Positions 60,744-64,000 of a stretch of DNA of 64,000 nucleotides are shown here, in pieces (the stretch's first letter is position 1; the number at the start of each line of letters is the position of its first letter). Position numbers and translations under genes: made by a program. The notes under the pieces were generated by a model, which searched no databases, was not told the origin of the DNA, and saw only the letters and a list, made by a program, of their open reading frames with translations. This DNA is from Verrucomicrobiota bacterium (GTDB taxonomy: Bacteria; Verrucomicrobiota; Verrucomicrobiia; Limisphaerales; UBA9464): positions 84,106-148,105 of the forward strand of contig JAXMHR010000014.1 of the NCBI GenBank assembly GCA_046346705.1. Direction: 5' to 3'.

Positions 60744-61658
60744 TCAGCGCGACAGACGGCTGCCCTTCCATTCCAGTCCCGGACGATCAACCCGGAAGCT
60801 CACGATCCGCTTCTCCTTCGCCTCGGTGACGTACACGGTGCGCCCGTCGGGTCCGCCGAAGCAAAGGTTGCTGGGGTGCTCCCCGAGCACGTCGATGTCG
60901 CGCAGCACCTCGCCGGTCGGCGACACCTTGGCCACCGTGCCCTTGCCTGGACGCGTGATGTAGAGATTTCCATCGACGTCACACCGCATGCCGTCGAAGC
61001 CGTGATCGGGAAACGTCTTCAGGAGACGGCGGTTTCGGAGACTTCCGTCCGGAGCCACTTCGAAGACCCATAGGCGGCGTTGTACGCTCTCGTTGACGTA
61101 CACGGTGCGTCCGTCGGGACTGACCTCGATGCCGTTGGTGGTGCCCAGGTCGGACGCCTCCCGGTGCGTGCCACCCTCACGGTCGATTCGCCAGACCTGG
61201 CCCGTGCCGGTCTTCCAGTTCGGATCGCTGGCGTACAACGTGCCATCCGGAGCCATGGCGAGGTCGTTGGGCTGGTTCATGGCGGGATTGTGGGCAAACA
61301 CGGTGACCTCCCGGGTTCCCGGCAGGACGCGCAGCACGTTGTGTCCGGTATAGTCGGCGATGAACATCGAGCCATCCGCGCCGAAGCGAATCCCATTGCC
61401 CGCACTGCCCTCGGGCAGCGTGAGGAAGACCTCCACGGCCCCCTTCGGCGTCATCCGGGCGATGTTTCGGATGTCCTGATAACTGACGCAGTACAGGTCC
61501 CCCTTGCGATCGCAGGCGGGCCCCTCAATCCCCCCGGTGAACCCGCCACTGGTCACCGGAGTTGCCACGAACAAAACCTCCGGCGACGCCGCCCTCGCAA
61601 CGAGAGCAGATGCGAGTGCCAGGACGAGGACCCAGGACGCCGACGCGGGGAAGATCAT
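60744..61658 (-). CDS. SMP-30/gluconolactonase/LRE-like six-bladed propeller protein, exported
   Basis: 304 aa. Signal peptide. PNDLAMAPDGTLYASD, TNGIEVSPDGRTVYV, DGMRCDVDGNLY, PSNLCFGGPDGRTVYVT. Confidence 0.8.
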   Translation of the reverse strand: MIFPASASWVLVLALASALVARAASPEVLFVATPVTSGGFTGGIEGPACDRKGDLYCVSYQDIRNIARMTPKGAVEVFLTLPEGSAGNGIRFGADGSMFIADYTGHNVLRVLPGTREVTVFAHNPAMNQPNDLAMAPDGTLYASDPNWKTGTGQVWRIDREGGTHREASDLGTTNGIEVSPDGRTVYVNESVQRRLWVFEVAPDGSLRNRRLLKTFPDHGFDGMRCDVDGNLYITRPGKGTVAKVSPTGEVLRDIDVLGEHPSNLCFGGPDGRTVYVTEAKEKRIVSFRVDRPGLEWKGSRLSR

Positions 61659-62015
61659 GGGGAGGGTTTAGTCTATTGCGGTAAGGAAGGGGAGGGAGGA
61701 AGTGAATCGAAGGGCGGTATTCAGATTGGGAAGGTTTGAACGATAGTTCCGCGCCGATGCGTATCCCAAAGGGACACGTTCCAGGTTACGATGGGATCTT
61801 CTCTCAAAACGTGGTGTGTCACCCCGCCTTTCGAAAACGCGGAGATGAGAAATGGGTCCGACACTTTTCCTCAAACTGAAAACCTGGTGGATGGAGGAGA
61901 ACGGTGATCTGACCAATCCATCGCCTTCGATGACCTTCCCGGGCTTCCTAGCGGACGCTTCTATCGATATTGTCGGTGGAAGGGCAGGCGCGCCCCAGTC
62001 GGAGGGCGCCCCACA

Positions 62016-62101
62016 TTCGTAGTCCAGCCTTTAGGCTGTCCGAACTCCTGACCCCTACTCCCGGCGCGGGAATACAACAGGCTGGAGCCTGCACTACGAA
62101 C
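62016..62101. repeat. nested-hairpin intergenic repeat, copy D
   Basis: Arms TTCGTAGTCCAGCCTTTAGGCTG (62016-62038) and CAGGCTGGAGCCTGCACTACGAAC (62078-62101). 39-nt spacer. Confidence 0.85.
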
Positions 62102-62192
62102 GGAATCCGTGTCCAAATCGTCAAGAATTTGACCTTTGACGCGTGGACGGACCTGGATAGTCTTTCCGTTCACGTTTCAAGCGTGGATTTGC

Positions 62193-62957
62193 ATGGATAA
62201 GGAACGAAAACTGATTATTGCGGGCAACTGGAAGTGCAACAAGACCGTTGCCGAGTCCCTCGCGCTGGTGGCGGACCTCCGCCGCGAGCTCGCTGCCGTC
62301 AAGGAAGTGGACGTGGTGGTTTGCCCCGCCTTCACCGCCCTCGAATCGGTGTCCAAGGCCATTCTCGACTCCAATATCCGGTTGGGCGCGCAGAACATGG
62401 GCGACAACGGCTACGGGGCCTTCACCGGGGAGATCGCTCCCGGCATGCTCAAGGAGTTTTCAGTCGGCTACGTCATTTTGGGCCACAGCGAGCGCCGCCA
62501 GTTCCAGAAGGAGTCGGACGCCCTGATCGCCCGCAAGGCCGCCGCCGCCCACGCGGCCAACCTGATTCCCATCGTCTGCGTCGGTGAAACCCTCGCGGAG
62601 CGCGAAGCCGGCATCACCAACCCGGTGGTGGAAACCCAGCTCAAGGGTTCCCTGGCCGGGCTCAGCGCGGAACAGGTGGAGCGCACGGTGATCGCTTACG
62701 AGCCCGTCTGGGCCATCGGAACTGGCAAGACCGCGACAAGCGCCCAGGCGCAGGAGGTGCATGCCTTCATCCGCGGAGTCCTGGTCGGTCTTCACGGGGA
62801 GGCCGTGGCGCGCCGGGTGCGAATCCAGTATGGCGGCAGTGTAAAGCCCAACAATGCCCGCGAACTCATGTCGCAGCCCGACGTGGACGGCGCCCTGGTG
62901 GGCGGCGCGAGCCTCGAAGTCCGCAGCTTTGCGGACATCGTCAAGAATTCGATCTGA
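62193..62957 (+). CDS. tpiA: triosephosphate isomerase
   Basis: ORF track 62136..62957. Start moved to MDKERKLIIAGNWKCNKT (ATG 62193). VILGHSERR, IAYEPVWAIGTGKTAT, GGSVKPNNA, DGALVGGASL. Confidence 0.95.
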   Translation: MDKERKLIIAGNWKCNKTVAESLALVADLRRELAAVKEVDVVVCPAFTALESVSKAILDSNIRLGAQNMGDNGYGAFTGEIAPGMLKEFSVGYVILGHSERRQFQKESDALIARKAAAAHAANLIPIVCVGETLAEREAGITNPVVETQLKGSLAGLSAEQVERTVIAYEPVWAIGTGKTATSAQAQEVHAFIRGVLVGLHGEAVARRVRIQYGGSVKPNNARELMSQPDVDGALVGGASLEVRSFADIVKNSI

Positions 62958-62984
62958 TCCAAGACCCTCTTACCGTTTCCGTTT

Positions 62985-63407
62985 ATGTCGCTGGCCATTA
63001 GTCTTCTCACGTTCGTGCTCGTGCTGCTCTGCCTGCTGCTCGGGCTGCTCATCCTGATCCAGCTCCCGAAGAAGGAGGCCGGACTGGGCCAGGCCTTCGG
63101 TGGCGCGACAACCGAGGCGCTCTTCGGGGCCGGCTCCGGGAATGCGCTCACCAAGATGACCAAGTACAGCGCCGGCATTTTCCTCGCGTTGTGCGTGATG
63201 CTCGCCTGGATGAACGCGCACCTTGCCAAGACCCGCAATTCCGGCGTTGAGAAGGCGATCCGCGCCAAGGTGTCCGCCGCGGCCCCGGCCGCCGTTCCTC
63301 CCGCCGCCACCAGCGCCGTGGCCCCGTTGAAGATTGCCCCCAGCACGGCTCCCGTGGTGACGCCACCCGCGGCGACCCCGCCGGCCCCCGCTCCTGCCAA
63401 GCCCTGA
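62985..63407 (+). CDS. secG: preprotein translocase subunit SecG (with long Ala/Pro-rich C-terminal tail)
   Basis: 140 aa. TM1 LLTFVLVLLCLLLGLLILIQ, loop LPKKEAGLGQAFGG...EALFGAGSGNALTKMTKY, TM2. Canonical position directly after tpiA. Confidence 0.85.
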   Translation: MSLAISLLTFVLVLLCLLLGLLILIQLPKKEAGLGQAFGGATTEALFGAGSGNALTKMTKYSAGIFLALCVMLAWMNAHLAKTRNSGVEKAIRAKVSAAAPAAVPPAATSAVAPLKIAPSTAPVVTPPAATPPAPAPAKP

Positions 63408-63538
63408 CAGGTTGGGTTCACCCCCGCCGTCCTTGAAGGGGGGGCTTCTCATGGACATCGTCCGGTGTGCTCGGCGCCTCGTCAGCCCATCGGACCGCTT
63501 CCTCCAAGCGGATCTCCACGGTTCTGCGGTGCGTTAGA

Positions 63539-64000
63539 GTGCCGTGGAATGGGCATCTGCCTTCCCTGGTTCTTTGCTTGGGACTCGGTCTCGCCGCTCT
63601 GTTGACGGGGTGCCGTCCGGATCGCCGCGCCGACCTGGTCATTCATAACGGGGCCGAGCCTGAGACGATCGATCCGCAGGTGCTGACCGGACAAGCCGAC
63701 GGTCGCGTGGGCGCTGCCTTGTTTGAGGGACTCACCCGCTACGATCCTGCCACGGGCCGGGCGATTCCCGGACTGGCATCCTCGTGGAACGTTTCGCCCG
63801 ACGGACGACGCTACGCGTTTCACCTCCGCACCAATGCCGCGTTCTCCACCGGGGAACCCATCACGGCGGAAGATGTGGTCTGGTCGTGGCGCCGCGCAGT
63901 GAATCCGCTCACCGCAGCGGACTACAGTGGTTTCTTTTACTACGTGAAGGGAGGCGAAGCCCTGGCCACCGGCGCCTCCACCAACCTCGCGAGCCTCGGC
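63539..64000 (+). CDS. ABC transporter substrate-binding lipoprotein, family 5 (OppA/DppA-like); 3' end outside the window
   Basis: Not in the ORF track because it runs off the window. My translation from GTG 63539 gives (M)PWNGHLPSLVLCLGLGLAALLTGCRPDRRADLVIHNGAEPETIDPQVLTGQADGRVGAALFEGLTRYDP...WSWRRAVNP. Lipobox LLTGC plus SBP_bac_5 N-terminal pattern. Confidence 0.8.
   Translation, partial: MPWNGHLPSLVLCLGLGLAALLTGCRPDRRADLVIHNGAEPETIDPQVLTGQADGRVGAALFEGLTRYDPATGRAIPGLASSWNVSPDGRRYAFHLRTNAAFSTGEPITAEDVVWSWRRAVNPLTAADYSGFFYYVKGGEALATGASTNLASLG

Noticed and set aside
61668-61916. 82-aa minus-strand ORF in the tpiA upstream gap.
   Set aside because: No signal peptide, TM helix, motif or plausible ribosome-binding context. 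The composition is atypical for this genome's proteins. I treated the region as non-coding (see the finding on 61659-62015).

Overview
High-GC, gene-dense chromosomal window. By gene content it is most likely from the PVC superphylum, probably Verrucomicrobiota. The basis is a PSCyt/DUF1549/DUF1553 + DUF1501 gene pair, a prepilin-type N-terminal-methylation protein, many exported beta-helix/beta-sandwich proteins, and an abundant intergenic hairpin repeat. I support about 50 CDS. I found no rRNA, tRNA, CRISPR array, IS element or prophage.

Main landmarks:
- dnaA (39486-40838, minus strand) with an unusually AT-rich, DnaA-box-bearing upstream region, the probable oriC (40839-41261), flanked by glnB.
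- A tightly coupled 4-gene secretin operon: GspE/PilB ATPase, PilM-N/GspL-like, PilO/GspM-like and secretin (30081-36402).
- Several two-component modules: a WD40-HK open at the left edge next to a globin and a LuxR-type RR; an HK-OmpR-SLBB coiled-coil protein operon; and a 1783-aa LamG/propeller hybrid HK coupled to a REC-HK.
- Housekeeping genes: Pit/DUF47, a sugar ABC transporter, UbiD-family decarboxylase, tpiA-secG, MoxR, a pseudouridine synthase and a Xer recombinase.

Most notable non-routine observations:
1. A nested-hairpin intergenic repeat family with 4 paired copies and 1 solo arm.
2. A ~2.5 kb low-GC island (about 11.3-13.8 kb) holding a xenolog-like methyltransferase-like paralog and a secreted protein built from two tandem ~167-aa domains.
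3. A ~60-aa C-terminal module ending in (F/Y)(F/Y)R, shared by four otherwise unrelated exported proteins.
4. An exported PTP-fold phosphatase fused to a cytochrome c-prime-like CxxCH domain, translationally coupled to a PAP2/vanadium-haloperoxidase-like enzyme.
5. An HpnH-like radical SAM gene with an internal insertion, no hopanoid neighbours, and a mini-lipoprotein ORF directly upstream.

All family calls come from motif recognition by eye. No database search was run.
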